Positions 17,801 to 28,300 are shown, counted from the stretch's first letter. The stretch is 64,000 nt of DNA from Flavobacteriales bacterium (GCA_046074525.1 JBJTOK010000079.1:9894-73893); one strand, 5' to 3'. Notes: generated by a model not told the origin, from the sequence alone. Translations and numbers: made by a program.

Positions 17801-19975
17801 ATGGCGAAAACTTACATGCTGCAAACTTCCAATGATTCTATCAACTGGACAGATGTTAAACAAGTGAACGACAATGCTGCTGAATTGAATGACCACACAG
17901 GTTTAACGGCTTCCGGTAAGTATGTTCGCATTTATGGAACAGAAAGAACAACAGGTTACGGTTACTCTATCTTCGAGCTGGAAGTATACGGAACTCCTTC
18001 TGCTGTGACCAATGCGAATCCAACAGTAAGCTTGACAGCACCTGTGAACAATGCTTCGTTTACTGCTCCGGCCAGCATTTCTATCTCGGCTAATGCTGTC
18101 GATGCTGATGGCACTGTAAGCAAAGTTGATTTTTACAATGGTGCTACTTTGCTGGGCACCGATAATACTGCGCCTTACACTTATACCTGGAGCAATGTGG
18201 CTGCCGGAACTTATGCGATCACAGCAAAAGCCACCGACAATCAAAATGCAACTACCACTTCAGCTGCAGTGAATGTAACAGTGAATGCCGTCAGTGGAAC
18301 CAACCTTGCACTGAGCAAAATCATCTGGTCTTCTTCCAATGAAAATGGAGGCACACCTGCAACAGGCGCTAACGACGGCGTAGCGAATACAAGATGGTCA
18401 TCCAAATTCGCCGATCCGCAGTGGATCACTGTTGACCTCGGTGCTTCATACGACATCAACCGCGTAAAAATTACCTGGGAAAATGCGAAAGCAAAAGATT
18501 ACCAAATTCGTATGTCGAATGACACGATCAACTGGACTACTGTTAAACCAGTTTCTGGTAATACGGCTACAGTGAATGATCACACCGGATTGACAGGCTC
18601 TGGTCGCTACTTGAGAATTTACGGTACAGCAAGAACAACTGCTTACGGTTATTCCATCTTTGAACTGGAAGCGTACGGTACATTGGCAGGTGTGAGCAAT
18701 ACTGCTCCAACAGTGAGCCTGACTTCACCAGCCAACAACGCCACGTTTACTTCACCAGCCAGCATCTCTATCGCGGCTACTGCTGCCGATGCTGATGGAA
18801 CAGTAAGTAAAGTTGATTTCTATAATGGTGCTACTTTGCTGGGAACAGCAACTGTTGCTCCTTATACTTTCAGCTGGAACAATGTTGCTGCAGGAACTTA
18901 TACCATCACCGCACAAGCTACCGATAACCAAAACGCAGTAACAACATCTGCTGCAGTTAATATTACGGTGAATACGCCTGCGAATGTTGCTCCGACTGTG
19001 AGTTTGACTTCACCTTCGAACAACGCTGTGTTTACTTCGCCGGCTGCTATCTCCATTGCAGCCAACGCTGCCGATGCTGACGGAACTGTAAGTAAAGTGG
19101 ATTTCTACAATGGCGCTACTTTACTGGGTACCGATAACACTGCTCCTTATACTTTCACCTGGAGTAATGTAGGGACCGGAACTTATGCTATCACCGCAAA
19201 GGCGACCGATAATTCCAATGCAGAAACAACATCTGCTGCTGTAAATGTAACAGTGAATGCTGCTACCAATGTAAATTTGGCTTTGAGTAAACTCACCTGG
19301 GCTTCTTCTATTGAGAATGGTGGTACACAAGCTTACAAAGCAACAGATGGTGTAGCCAATTCAAGATGGTCGTCAAAATTTGCGGATCCACAATGGATCA
19401 CTGTTGACCTTGGTGCTGTTTACGATATCAACCGTGTGAAAATTACCTGGGAAAATGCGAAAGGTAAAAATTACCAGGTGTTGGTTTCCAACGACACTGT
19501 AAACTGGACGTCTGCAAAAACAGTAACTGGTAACACAGCGTTGGTGAATGATCACACTGGTTTAACTTCTACCGGTCGCTATGTTAGAATTTACGGTACT
19601 GCCAGAACAACAGGTTACGGTTATTCTATTTTCGAACTGGAAGTTTATGGAACCTTGTCTCCTGCTCCTGCGCCAATGGCTGCTGAAGAAACAACAACTA
19701 CTGTTGTGGATTTGATTTCAGTAAAAGAAGGAGTAGTGACTTATCCGAATCCTTTCAGCAATGAACTTACAGTGATTGCGCTTTTCCAAACTCCTTCCAT
19801 GGTTAATCTGCTCATCGTAGATGTGAAAGGTTCCGTGGTAGTCGATAGGGATTATGAAAACACCAGCGGTCACTTTGAAAATAAAATCAACGTGGAGAAT
19901 TTACCAGCCGGACAATATGTGCTGAAATTATTTTCGGGTAACGAAGTGTTTACTCAAAAATTAGTGAAGTACTAA
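14873..19975 (+). CDS. Giant (1700 aa) T9SS-secreted surface protein. It has an N-terminal PQQ-type glucose/sorbosone-dehydrogenase-like beta-propeller, an Ig (I-set-like) domain, four [discoidin F5/8 type C + bacterial Ig] modules and a T9SS type-A CTD.
   Basis: The GSDH-like motifs are (GFLGMALH, HNGGAMVFKNGYLYLCIGE, GKVLRLLDDGQPAPGNPY, IWAIGMRNPWSMSMDP, NYDYGWG). The repeated discoidin blocks are (NSRWESQFADPQ...VKITWENAKAKNY...YGYSIYEFEV). The C-terminal Por tail is (YPNPFSNEL...GQYVLKLFSGNEVFTQKLVKY). Confidence 0.8.
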   Translation: MKNKSSAKRKYGGVLQVCSMRSLFLAALLTLLGGVSANLLAQLPTGFVARKLTTNNIKECVKIEHAPDGRIFMAERSGALKVLKDGVVTTITTVNTTTADEQGFLGMALHSSFAQNGKLYVYYTSADKTKHYLDVIVLDAASQIVSNTRLMEFDPILAGYHNGGAMVFKNGYLYLCIGESNTQQQAQLLDTYRGKVLRLLDDGQPAPGNPYYNVAGASRQKQSIWAIGMRNPWSMSMDPVSGKLFVGNVGGGYEEINDVTTPDPAKNYDYGWGTAGQSGPGQSSGTILPAFCYNKTNWYTPTANGAWNAPSSCAITTALFFNPANTNYPNEYKNKFYFGDWCHDWLRSIDPNNPSAGFQEPFLSSALHRILGLSVGIDGNIYYSEYAGTGNIWRLEYTLSNTPIVVNQPTSQTIYAQDAVSFSVSASGTGPLSYKWQKNGVDIPGATSSTYTIGSAAVSDGGNYKAIVYNAYGEAISSEAVLTVKPYNAIPVADIITPLSSNTASVLDVINYSGDATDAEDGTLPASAFEWEVRVFHKDCGACEHWHPGPAATDGVKSGSFIADNGGETSANVWFRLILRVTDSEGRVGIDSVDLQPNKVVLTVNSNRPGLQVAIGSSSNTPYTKTQVVNNATNMTAISPQTFGDTVYTFSSWDHGGPASQNFRVPNVNTTYKANFIGTYVPNTNIALNKKAYSTSNQNAGNNASKAVDGVANSRWESQFADPQALVVNLGAVYNITRVKITWENAKAKNYELQTSNDSINWTPIKSVSDNATDINEWSNLAGTGKFIRMYGTQRTTAYGYSIYEFEVFGALAPGGNLDPAVSITAPANNASFAAPAAINITANASDADGTVSKVDFYNGTTLLGTDNTAPYAFPWNNVAAGTYTISAKATDNGGAVATSSIAVTVTGASSNSNIALGKYTSASTVLNGSGNTALKATDGIADSRWESEFADPQWIMVNLGAKYDISQVKIKWENAMAKTYMLQTSNDSINWTDVKQVNDNAAELNDHTGLTASGKYVRIYGTERTTGYGYSIFELEVYGTPSAVTNANPTVSLTAPVNNASFTAPASISISANAVDADGTVSKVDFYNGATLLGTDNTAPYTYTWSNVAAGTYAITAKATDNQNATTTSAAVNVTVNAVSGTNLALSKIIWSSSNENGGTPATGANDGVANTRWSSKFADPQWITVDLGASYDINRVKITWENAKAKDYQIRMSNDTINWTTVKPVSGNTATVNDHTGLTGSGRYLRIYGTARTTAYGYSIFELEAYGTLAGVSNTAPTVSLTSPANNATFTSPASISIAATAADADGTVSKVDFYNGATLLGTATVAPYTFSWNNVAAGTYTITAQATDNQNAVTTSAAVNITVNTPANVAPTVSLTSPSNNAVFTSPAAISIAANAADADGTVSKVDFYNGATLLGTDNTAPYTFTWSNVGTGTYAITAKATDNSNAETTSAAVNVTVNAATNVNLALSKLTWASSIENGGTQAYKATDGVANSRWSSKFADPQWITVDLGAVYDINRVKITWENAKGKNYQVLVSNDTVNWTSAKTVTGNTALVNDHTGLTSTGRYVRIYGTARTTGYGYSIFELEVYGTLSPAPAPMAAEETTTTVVDLISVKEGVVTYPNPFSNELTVIALFQTPSMVNLLIVDVKGSVVVDRDYENTSGHFENKINVENLPAGQYVLKLFSGNEVFTQKLVKY

Positions 19976-20017
19976 GAGGTTCAGTAATGTGAATTTTTAG
20001 AAACGTTTTATCATAAG

Positions 20018-20052
20018 ATAGCCCCTCTTTGCAGAGGGGCTATTTTTTTTTA
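20018..20052 (+). terminator. Intrinsic terminator after giant gene 1 (atagcccctct ttgc agaggggctat + T9).
   Basis: An 11-bp perfect stem, a 4-nt loop and a U-tract lie 43 nt after the stop. Confidence 0.6.
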
Positions 20053-20301
20053 TCCCTCTTGCGAGGCTTTATTTTACAGGTATTTCAGGATTGTGTGAAT
20101 GATATTGTACTGTTTGTGAATAATTGAATGCCACTTTTTTTGACCCCATGAGAACGATTGTGCTCCTGTTTGCGAATGATTTGTTCCAGTTGTACGACAT
20201 CTGCGAACGTAGCTTTGTGGGGAAGATTCTCGTGAGTCATTGTTTTCCGCATAAACACGACCCAAGAGAATGGGTATAGTAAATAACTAAAAACTAAAAG
20301 A

Positions 20302-23300
20302 ATGAAAAACAAATCATCCACAAAAAGAAAGTATGGAGGAACACTGCAAGTGTGCTCTATGCGTAGTCTTTTCCTTGTGTCGCTATTGATGCTGCTGGGA
20401 GGAGTATCCCAAAGTTTGTTTGCACAATTGCCGGAAGGCTTTGTGAAAAACAAATTAACCAACAACAACATCGCCGATGCAGTAAAAATGGAACACGCTG
20501 CTGACGGCAGAATTTTTATTGCCGAACTGGGAGGTAAAATTAAAGTGCTGCAAAACGGTGTGGTATCACTTGTGCATAGTGTTGCCACCAATACCAATGA
20601 TGAGCAGGGTTTGTTAGGTATTGCTCTTCATACCAATTTTGCCACCAATGGTAAATTGTATTTGTATTACACCGCTCCCGACAAATCAAAACATTTTTTG
20701 GATGTGATTGTTGTGGATGGCGATAACCAGGTAGTGTCATCCACCCGTGTTATGGAATTTGATCCTATATTATTCGGCTACCATAACGGTGGTGCAATGC
20801 TGTTTAAAAACGGTTATTTGTATTTGTGTATCGGCGAAAGTAATGCTCCGCAGTACGCTAATGATCTTACTACTTACCGTGGTAAAATTTTGCGTTTGCT
20901 GGATGACGGTCAGCCTGCGCCTGGCAACCCTTACTACGATACTCCGGGCGCCAACCGCCAGCAAAAAAGCATCTGGGCAACAGGAATGCGTAATCCATGG
21001 TCGATGAGTATGGATCCTACCACCCAAAAAATATATGTGGGTAACGTAGGTGGAACTTACGAAGAGATCAACGATGTAACAGCTCCCGATGCTGCGAGAA
21101 ATTACAATTACGGTTGGGCGGCTTCCGGTAAATCCGGATCGGAACAGGATGCCAATACTATCCTTCCTGTGTTTTGTTATAGCGGCGCAGAGGCGATTCA
21201 AAAATGGCAGTCGCCCACTACACAAGGCGACTGGATACAAGGCTCCTGTGCAATCACTACGGGAACATTTTTCAATCCTGCCATCACCAATTATCCGGCG
21301 GAATACAGAAACAGATTTTATTTTTCCGACTGGTGTCAGCTATGGATCAGAAGCATCAATCCTGCGAATACCACCACGGGTTTTCAAACCAATTTTGCTG
21401 ATCAGGGTTTCAACAGAATTTTGGGGTTGAGCACAGGTATCGACGGAAACCTCTATTACATTGAGCATGCAGGCGGAGGAAATATTTACCGACTGGAATA
21501 CACCTTGTCTAATCAGCCTGTCATCGTAAACAATCCATCTTCTCAAACGGTGTATGCCCAGGATGCAGTTTCTTTTTCGGTAGCTTCATCAGGTGCCAAT
21601 CCTAAGTCTTATCAATGGCAAAAAAACGGTACTAATATTTCAGGTGCAACAGCGAGCACTTATGCTATCTCTTCTGCAGCAGAAGCCAATGCAGGAAATT
21701 ACAGAGTAATTGTGAGCAACAGCTATGGTGCTGATACCAGTGATGCAGCGGTGTTGACCGTATTGCCTTACAATGCTATTCCGGTAGCGCACATCACATC
21801 ACCTGCTTCTACAGTAACGGCAAGTGTTTTGGATGTGGTGAACTATTCAGGAACAGGATCAGATGCCGAAGATGGAATATTGCCGGCTTCTGCATTCAAT
21901 TGGGAAGTGCGTGTTTTCCACAAAGATTGCGGAACCTGTGAGCACTGGCATCCTGGTCCGAATGCACCCGACGGTGTGACTTCAGGATCTTTCACAGCCG
22001 ACAACGGAGGAGAATCTTCTTCCAACGTTTGGTTTCGTTTGATTTTAAGAGTAACGGATTCAGAGGGAAGAGTGGGGACGGATTCAGTAGATCTTCAACC
22101 CAACAAAGTGGTATTGACTGTGAACAGCAGCAAACCAGGTTTGCAGGTGGTGATCGGATCTTCTTCCATTACGCCCTACAACAAAACACAGGTAGTGAAC
22201 AATGCCATTAATATTACTGCTATCACACCGCAAACTATTGGTGATACAGTGTATACCTTCAGTTCATGGGATCATGGTGGAGTGGCTTCACAAAGCATCC
22301 GAGTGCCTAATGTGAACACTACTTACAAAGCTAATTTTACTGCTGCTTACGTAAGCAACACCAATCATGCTTTGAATAAAATTGCCGGTTCATCATCTAA
22401 TCAGGGTGGCAATACTGCTAATAAAGCGGTAGATGGAGATTTCAATTCCCGCTGGGAAAGTCAGTCTTCCGATCCGCAATTCCTGGTGGTGAATTTAGGT
22501 GCAGTTTACGACATCAATCGCGTGAAAATTTACTGGGAAAATGCAAAAGCGAAAAATTATCTGGTGGAAACTTCTATGGACTCTGTGGTGTGGGATAAGA
22601 TGAAAGAGGTGACCGATAATGCAACGGATATCAATGAGTGGAGCAACTTATCTGGTACAGGAAAGTACGTTAGAATTTTCGGAACGGAAAGAACAACCAA
22701 CTACGGCTATTCAATTTTTGAATTGCAGGTATTTGGTGCTTTGCATCAGGGAGGTTCTAATACTTTGCCTACAGTGAGCATCACTGCGCCATCCAACAAT
22801 GCCAATTTTTCAACACCAGCCGAAATCAATATTACAGCCAATGCTGCCGATGCAGACGGTACTGTAAGCAAGGTTGATTTTTACAATGGTGCTACTTTGC
22901 TTGGAACCGATAACACTGCTCCTTATGCGTATACCTGGAGCAATGTTGCTGCGGGAACTTATACCATCACAGCAAAAGCAACCGATAATCAGAATGCAGT
23001 AAAGACTTCTTCTGCTGTGACTGTAGTAGTAGGTGCGGTAGCGACTAACGTAGCGCTGAACAAAACTACTTATGTGTCTTCTTCTTTGGGAGGAAATTCC
23101 AAAGCGAATGCAGTAGATGGTAACTTGAATTCCCGCTGGGAAAGTGCTTTCTCTGATCCGCAATACATCACTGTGGATCTCGGTGCTGTTTACGACATCA
23201 GTCGCGTACACATCGTGTGGGAAAATGCGAAAGCGAAGAACTACCGTGTTCTGGCTTCTAACGATACATTGAGCTGGCCGGATACTTTGAAAACAGTGGT

Positions 23301-25314
23301 GAACAACACGCAGGACGACAACAACTGGACTGGTTTGTCATCCAGCCGCCGCTTTGTTAGAATTTACGGAACAGAAAGAACGACGAACTATGGCTATTCT
23401 ATTTTTGAACTGGAAGTTTATGGCGTGCCTGCATCCGGCGGAAATGCGAATCCGACAGTAAGCTTGACCGCTCCGGCAAACAACGCTTCGTTCAATGCTC
23501 CGGCTACTATCAATATCACCGCCAACGCAGCTGATTCGGATGGTACAATAAGCAAAGTGGATTTCTACAATGGTACTACCTTATTGGGAACCGACAACGC
23601 TGCACCTTATGCTTACACCTGGACTGGCGTTGCTGCCGGGACTTATGCGATCACGGCAAAAGCTACCGACAACCAGAATGCAGTAACTACTTCTTCTGCG
23701 GTGAATGTTACCGTGAGCTCACCAAACACTGTGAACCTGGCGTTGAACAAACCAACTTACTCTTCTTCGGATGAAAATGCCGGCACCCCTGCAAGCAACG
23801 CAACCGATGGGAATGGCAACTCCCGCTGGTCGAGTGAGTTTTCTGATCCACAACACCTCATTGTGAATTTAGGCGCTGTGTATGACATCAGCCGAATTAA
23901 AATCAATTGGGAAAATGCAAAAGCGAAGAAGTACAATTTGCTGGTATCGGTAGATAGCTTGGTTTGGGACACTGTGAAAACAGTAAATAACAATGAACAA
24001 AATGAGAATGACTGGACAGTGAGCGGCACTGGTCAATACGTGAAAATGTATGGCACCGAAAGAACCACTCCTTACGGTTATTCTATTTTTGAATTAGAAG
24101 TGTATGGCGCTGCTGCCAATGCGCAGCCAACTGTGAGTATCACATCCCCTGCTAACAACGCCGGTTTCCTTTCTCCTGCAACGATCAGCATTACAGCTAA
24201 TGCAGGGGATGCCGACGGAAGTGTGAGTCAGGTTGATTTCTACAACGGCGCTACTTTGCTGGGCAGCGACAATACTGCTCCATATTCTTATACCTGGACC
24301 AACGTTGCTGTTGGATCATATGCCATCACAGCTAAGGCTACCGATAACAACGGTGCAGTGACAACGTCATCTGCCGTAAATTTTACGGTAAGTGTACCTG
24401 TTAACCTTGCGCTGAACAAGCCAACGTATTCTTCCACTGATGAGAATGGCGGAACCCCTGCAGCTAGCGCTACCGACGGTAATGCGAACTCAAGATGGTC
24501 GAGTGAGTTTTCTGATCCGCAATACCTCATCGTGAATTTAGGCACTGTGTACGATATCAGCCGCATTAAAATCAACTGGGAAAATGCAAAAGCGAAGAAA
24601 TACGATTTGCTGGTGTCTGTTGACAGCTTGAGCTGGGATACCTTGAAAACAGTACTCAACAACACCCAGAACAACAATGACTGGACGGTGAGTGGTACAG
24701 GAAAATACGTGAAAATGTATGGTGCTGAAAGAACTACGCCTTATGGTTATTCCATCTTCGAATTCGAAGTGTACGGAACCGAACATCAGGAGGTAGGAGG
24801 TTCTAACACAAATCCAACAGTGAGCATTACATCTCCTTCTAATGGTGCAATCTTCACTGCTCCGGCAAGCATCACTATCACAGCGAATGCTGCCGATAGC
24901 GATGGAAGCGTAAGCAAAGTAGATTTCTACAACGGTACTACTTTATTGGGTACCGATAATACTGCACCTTATTCTTACACCTGGAACAACGTGGCTGTAG
25001 GTAACTACGCTATTGTTGCCAAGGCTACAGATGACCAGAATGCAGTGAATGCTTCTTCAATTGTGAATGTAGTGGTGAATTCTCCTAATACTGTTAACCT
25101 TGCGCTGAACAAGCCAACCTATTCTTCTACGGATGAGAATGGCGGAAACCTGGCAGTAAATGCTACCGATGGTAACAACAACTCCCGCTGGTCGAGTCAG
25201 TTTGCTGATCCGCAACACCTAACGGACATAACTATGGCTTCAATTTCAGCAATTGTAAATACGGTTTGTACTTTGATGGAAGCAATGGAGTGGGAATTAT
25301 GTTCACCGACATGA
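20302..25314 (+). CDS. Second giant T9SS-type surface protein paralog (GSDH-like propeller, Ig domain, five discoidin/Ig modules). It is truncated: the fifth discoidin domain breaks at about 25220, the frame then runs 31 aberrant codons to a stop, and there is no CTD.
   Basis: The first 60 nt are almost identical to gene 1 (MKNKSSxKRKYGGxLQVCSMRSLFL). The same domain order is seen. The last repeat reads ..NSRWSSQFADPQHL and then departs from the repeat consensus (expected IVNLGAVYDI..). Confidence 0.7.
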   Translation: MKNKSSTKRKYGGTLQVCSMRSLFLVSLLMLLGGVSQSLFAQLPEGFVKNKLTNNNIADAVKMEHAADGRIFIAELGGKIKVLQNGVVSLVHSVATNTNDEQGLLGIALHTNFATNGKLYLYYTAPDKSKHFLDVIVVDGDNQVVSSTRVMEFDPILFGYHNGGAMLFKNGYLYLCIGESNAPQYANDLTTYRGKILRLLDDGQPAPGNPYYDTPGANRQQKSIWATGMRNPWSMSMDPTTQKIYVGNVGGTYEEINDVTAPDAARNYNYGWAASGKSGSEQDANTILPVFCYSGAEAIQKWQSPTTQGDWIQGSCAITTGTFFNPAITNYPAEYRNRFYFSDWCQLWIRSINPANTTTGFQTNFADQGFNRILGLSTGIDGNLYYIEHAGGGNIYRLEYTLSNQPVIVNNPSSQTVYAQDAVSFSVASSGANPKSYQWQKNGTNISGATASTYAISSAAEANAGNYRVIVSNSYGADTSDAAVLTVLPYNAIPVAHITSPASTVTASVLDVVNYSGTGSDAEDGILPASAFNWEVRVFHKDCGTCEHWHPGPNAPDGVTSGSFTADNGGESSSNVWFRLILRVTDSEGRVGTDSVDLQPNKVVLTVNSSKPGLQVVIGSSSITPYNKTQVVNNAINITAITPQTIGDTVYTFSSWDHGGVASQSIRVPNVNTTYKANFTAAYVSNTNHALNKIAGSSSNQGGNTANKAVDGDFNSRWESQSSDPQFLVVNLGAVYDINRVKIYWENAKAKNYLVETSMDSVVWDKMKEVTDNATDINEWSNLSGTGKYVRIFGTERTTNYGYSIFELQVFGALHQGGSNTLPTVSITAPSNNANFSTPAEINITANAADADGTVSKVDFYNGATLLGTDNTAPYAYTWSNVAAGTYTITAKATDNQNAVKTSSAVTVVVGAVATNVALNKTTYVSSSLGGNSKANAVDGNLNSRWESAFSDPQYITVDLGAVYDISRVHIVWENAKAKNYRVLASNDTLSWPDTLKTVVNNTQDDNNWTGLSSSRRFVRIYGTERTTNYGYSIFELEVYGVPASGGNANPTVSLTAPANNASFNAPATINITANAADSDGTISKVDFYNGTTLLGTDNAAPYAYTWTGVAAGTYAITAKATDNQNAVTTSSAVNVTVSSPNTVNLALNKPTYSSSDENAGTPASNATDGNGNSRWSSEFSDPQHLIVNLGAVYDISRIKINWENAKAKKYNLLVSVDSLVWDTVKTVNNNEQNENDWTVSGTGQYVKMYGTERTTPYGYSIFELEVYGAAANAQPTVSITSPANNAGFLSPATISITANAGDADGSVSQVDFYNGATLLGSDNTAPYSYTWTNVAVGSYAITAKATDNNGAVTTSSAVNFTVSVPVNLALNKPTYSSTDENGGTPAASATDGNANSRWSSEFSDPQYLIVNLGTVYDISRIKINWENAKAKKYDLLVSVDSLSWDTLKTVLNNTQNNNDWTVSGTGKYVKMYGAERTTPYGYSIFEFEVYGTEHQEVGGSNTNPTVSITSPSNGAIFTAPASITITANAADSDGSVSKVDFYNGTTLLGTDNTAPYSYTWNNVAVGNYAIVAKATDDQNAVNASSIVNVVVNSPNTVNLALNKPTYSSTDENGGNLAVNATDGNNNSRWSSQFADPQHLTDITMASISAIVNTVCTLMEAMEWELCSPT

Positions 25315-28300
25315 AGATCACCGGCTGTGAATACGGTGTGTATGCAGCAGCAAATACAGGCGGTGTTCTGCAGTTGTATAAATGGAATATTTCGGCCACC
25401 GATGCTGCTATTTTTTCCGATAAAACTTCAGGCACTAAAATACTTTTGCAGGAATCCGCCATCGCTTCAGGAAAAGTGCAATTGCAAGGTGGAACCTTGC
25501 TTGCTACTGATAACGATTTCAATAACACGGCGCCGCAAATCCAGTTTGAATACAACTCCCGAGGTAACCTCACCGGCAATCGTTTTAAAAATGCAGTAAA
25601 CATTTCCGAAAAATCTGTTTTCCTCAACCAGATTGATCACACTCCGGTAAGCTCTATTAAACTTCCTGCGTATTATGAATTTATACCGCAATCGAAAAAA
25701 CCTTCACGTAATGTAATGTACAATGTGTTGAATTATGGTGTTACTGCGGGAACCCGCGATGCTATTCCTGCAGGAGATGCAACAACAGGAATTCAAAATG
25801 CACTCAATCAGGCGAAGAATGATGGTGGTGGAATTGTTTATCTTCCGCCGGGGCATTACAGAATCAATGGTTCTCTCACGATTCCCACAGGTGTGGAATT
25901 AAAAGGTTCGGTGGATATAGGGGAGTTCCCTTTGGGGCCTGGATCCATCCTTGAAATTTATGGAAACAAAGGAAATGAAAATGGAGCTTCTCCTGTGATT
26001 TTACAGCAGGGTAGCGGTTTACGTGGTGTGGTGTTCAATTATCCCGACCAGGTTTTTTGTACTGTACTTCCCAATGCGGTGTTGAAATTTCCTTATTCGG
26101 TTCAGGTGCAAGGCAGTGATGCCTATATCGTAAATGTTGGATTCCGTGCAGCTTACAAAGCAGTAGATTTATTTTCCTACAAAAGTGATCGCTTCTATCT
26201 CGATTTCCTTACGGGACATGTATTCAATGAAGGTGCTAAAGTGGGCGCCGCCTCTGCTGATGGTATAATCGCAAATATGCAGTTCAATACCATCGCTTAC
26301 AACTGCGGTGATGAATCGAAATTTGGCGGATGGCCTAATTCGCTTCGCTCGCCATGTTCGGGTGATGCTACTAAAAATCCTTACGACTACAACGCTAAAT
26401 ATCTCGACTTCCTTATCGTGGGCAATGCGCCGGATATCATGCTGTACAACGATTTTAATTATGATGCGAATCATGGCTTGATTTTGCAGGATGGTGCTTC
26501 GGGAACTGCCATCGGTTTAGGTTTGGATGGCGATCGTACCGGAATTTTAGTGGATGGAAATGCCAATTTCTCTTTCATCAATACACAGGATGTATCTCTT
26601 AATTATGATGCCTTGGGAGGTGAACAATCCAGCTATCTGAAAACGACTTCCAACTTCAATGCTGGTTCCATTAATCTCTTCAGTTGCGATTATTGGGGAC
26701 AAGCTACCAGCAGTGGTATTGTGATGGATGGCGCAGGAACAGTGAATCTGCAATCATCAAATTTTGAGAGTCCCGGCAGCCAGTCTTTTGCCCAAGTCAA
26801 TAACGGAACGTTGAATATCAACAACTCGGTAGTGAACCCAAAAGATCCTCTGGTGAACGGTACGCATCTGTCGGGTGTTAATATCGTGGGTTCCGATGTA
26901 ACTCCTTATACCATCAATACGAACTTGCTTGGCAATTACGATAACAATATAGGCACCGCAAAACCTTCGCCAACCAGTTCTCTCAGCAGGACAGGTTGGA
27001 TTGCTACATCGTCAAGGAATGTTAATTCGGGACGTGTTGCTCAAAATGGAATTGATGGAGATGCTAATACCAGCTGGAGCAGTGGCTGGCAAAACGATGG
27101 CGCAGCCATCTGGTACCAGGTAGATATGCTTGTGCCGCAGACTTTCAATGAAGTGATTCTGGATTACAGCGGAAGTCCGAACGACGGTCCTGCATCTTAT
27201 ACTTTCTCAGTATCCAATGATGGCGTTAACTGGACGCAGGTAGCCTCCGGCACAGGAAATAATATGATGACCATTATTTCCTTTCCTGAAACTACAGCAC
27301 GTTATATCCGCATGGATAAGCCTGCCAATGCAAGTAAAGCCAATTTCCTGGCGATTCATGAATTGTATGTATTCAATGTAAAAGCTGCCGCAGGCAATCT
27401 GGTGGCGGTGCCGATGAAAAATCCCTTGTACCACCAGTTCACATCGCCATTGTATGGTTCTGCGGGAACAGGAAATATGTACACTGCCGATCCTTCTGCA
27501 CACGTATGGGCCGATGGTCGTTTGTATGTTTATGCATCACACGATATGGAGCCAGCACAAGGGTGCGATAGAATGGATCGCTATCATGTTTTCTCTACCG
27601 ATGATATGACCAACTGGGTAGATCATGGTGAAATTCTCAGCGCGAGTCAGGTTTCCTGGGGGCGCGCTGAAGGTGGTTTCATGTGGGCACCTGATTGCGC
27701 ATACAATCCGGCCAATCAGACTTACTATTTTTATTATCCTCATCCAAGCGGTACCGATTGGGGTGCTACCTGGAAAATAGGCGTGGCTACTTCTAAGGAA
27801 CCTGCAGCTAATTTTACCGATCAGGGCTATATCACAGGAATGTCATCTCTCATTGATCCTTGCGTTTTTGTCGACGATGACGGTCAGCCTTATATTTATC
27901 AGGGTGGCGGTGGAACCTGTATGGGGGGTAAACTCGATAAAAATGACTGGACCAAATTGGATGGCGCCATGCAGCCTATGACGGGTTTGGTCGATTTTCA
28001 CGAAGCTACATGGGTACACAAATACAATGGAAAATATTATTTGTCGCACGCCGATAACCACGGCGTTGATGGCAATCAGCTGAAATATGCTGTGAGCAAC
28101 AGTCCGCTCGGACCATGGACCGACATGGGTGTGCTGATGTACGCCACGGGTTGCGATACGCATCATGGTTCAATTGTGGAATACAAAGGTCAGTGGTGGT
28201 CTTTCTATCACACCAGCAATTTCTCAGGCGAATACAACCTGCGTTCGGTATGTGCAGATAAGCTTTACTACAATAATGATGGTAGCATTCAACCAGTAAA

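Noticed and set aside
17060-17896. Numerous 60-280-aa ORFs antisense to or out of frame within large genes (e.g. 17060..17896, 30048..30650, 32191..32706, 51833..52489, 55128..55718).
   Set aside because: These are shadow ORFs inside confidently assigned genes (discoidin repeats, the regulator, rpoD, GT4, fabF). They lack signal sequences and motifs.
25266-25314. Programmed -1 ribosomal frameshift linking giant gene 2 to the GH55-like ORF via the 48-nt overlap.
   Set aside because: There is no X XXY YYZ slippery heptamer or downstream pseudoknot in the overlap. The upstream sequence departs from the repeat consensus exactly at 25220. This is better explained by a DNA-level deletion/recombination junction or an assembly or sequencing error.
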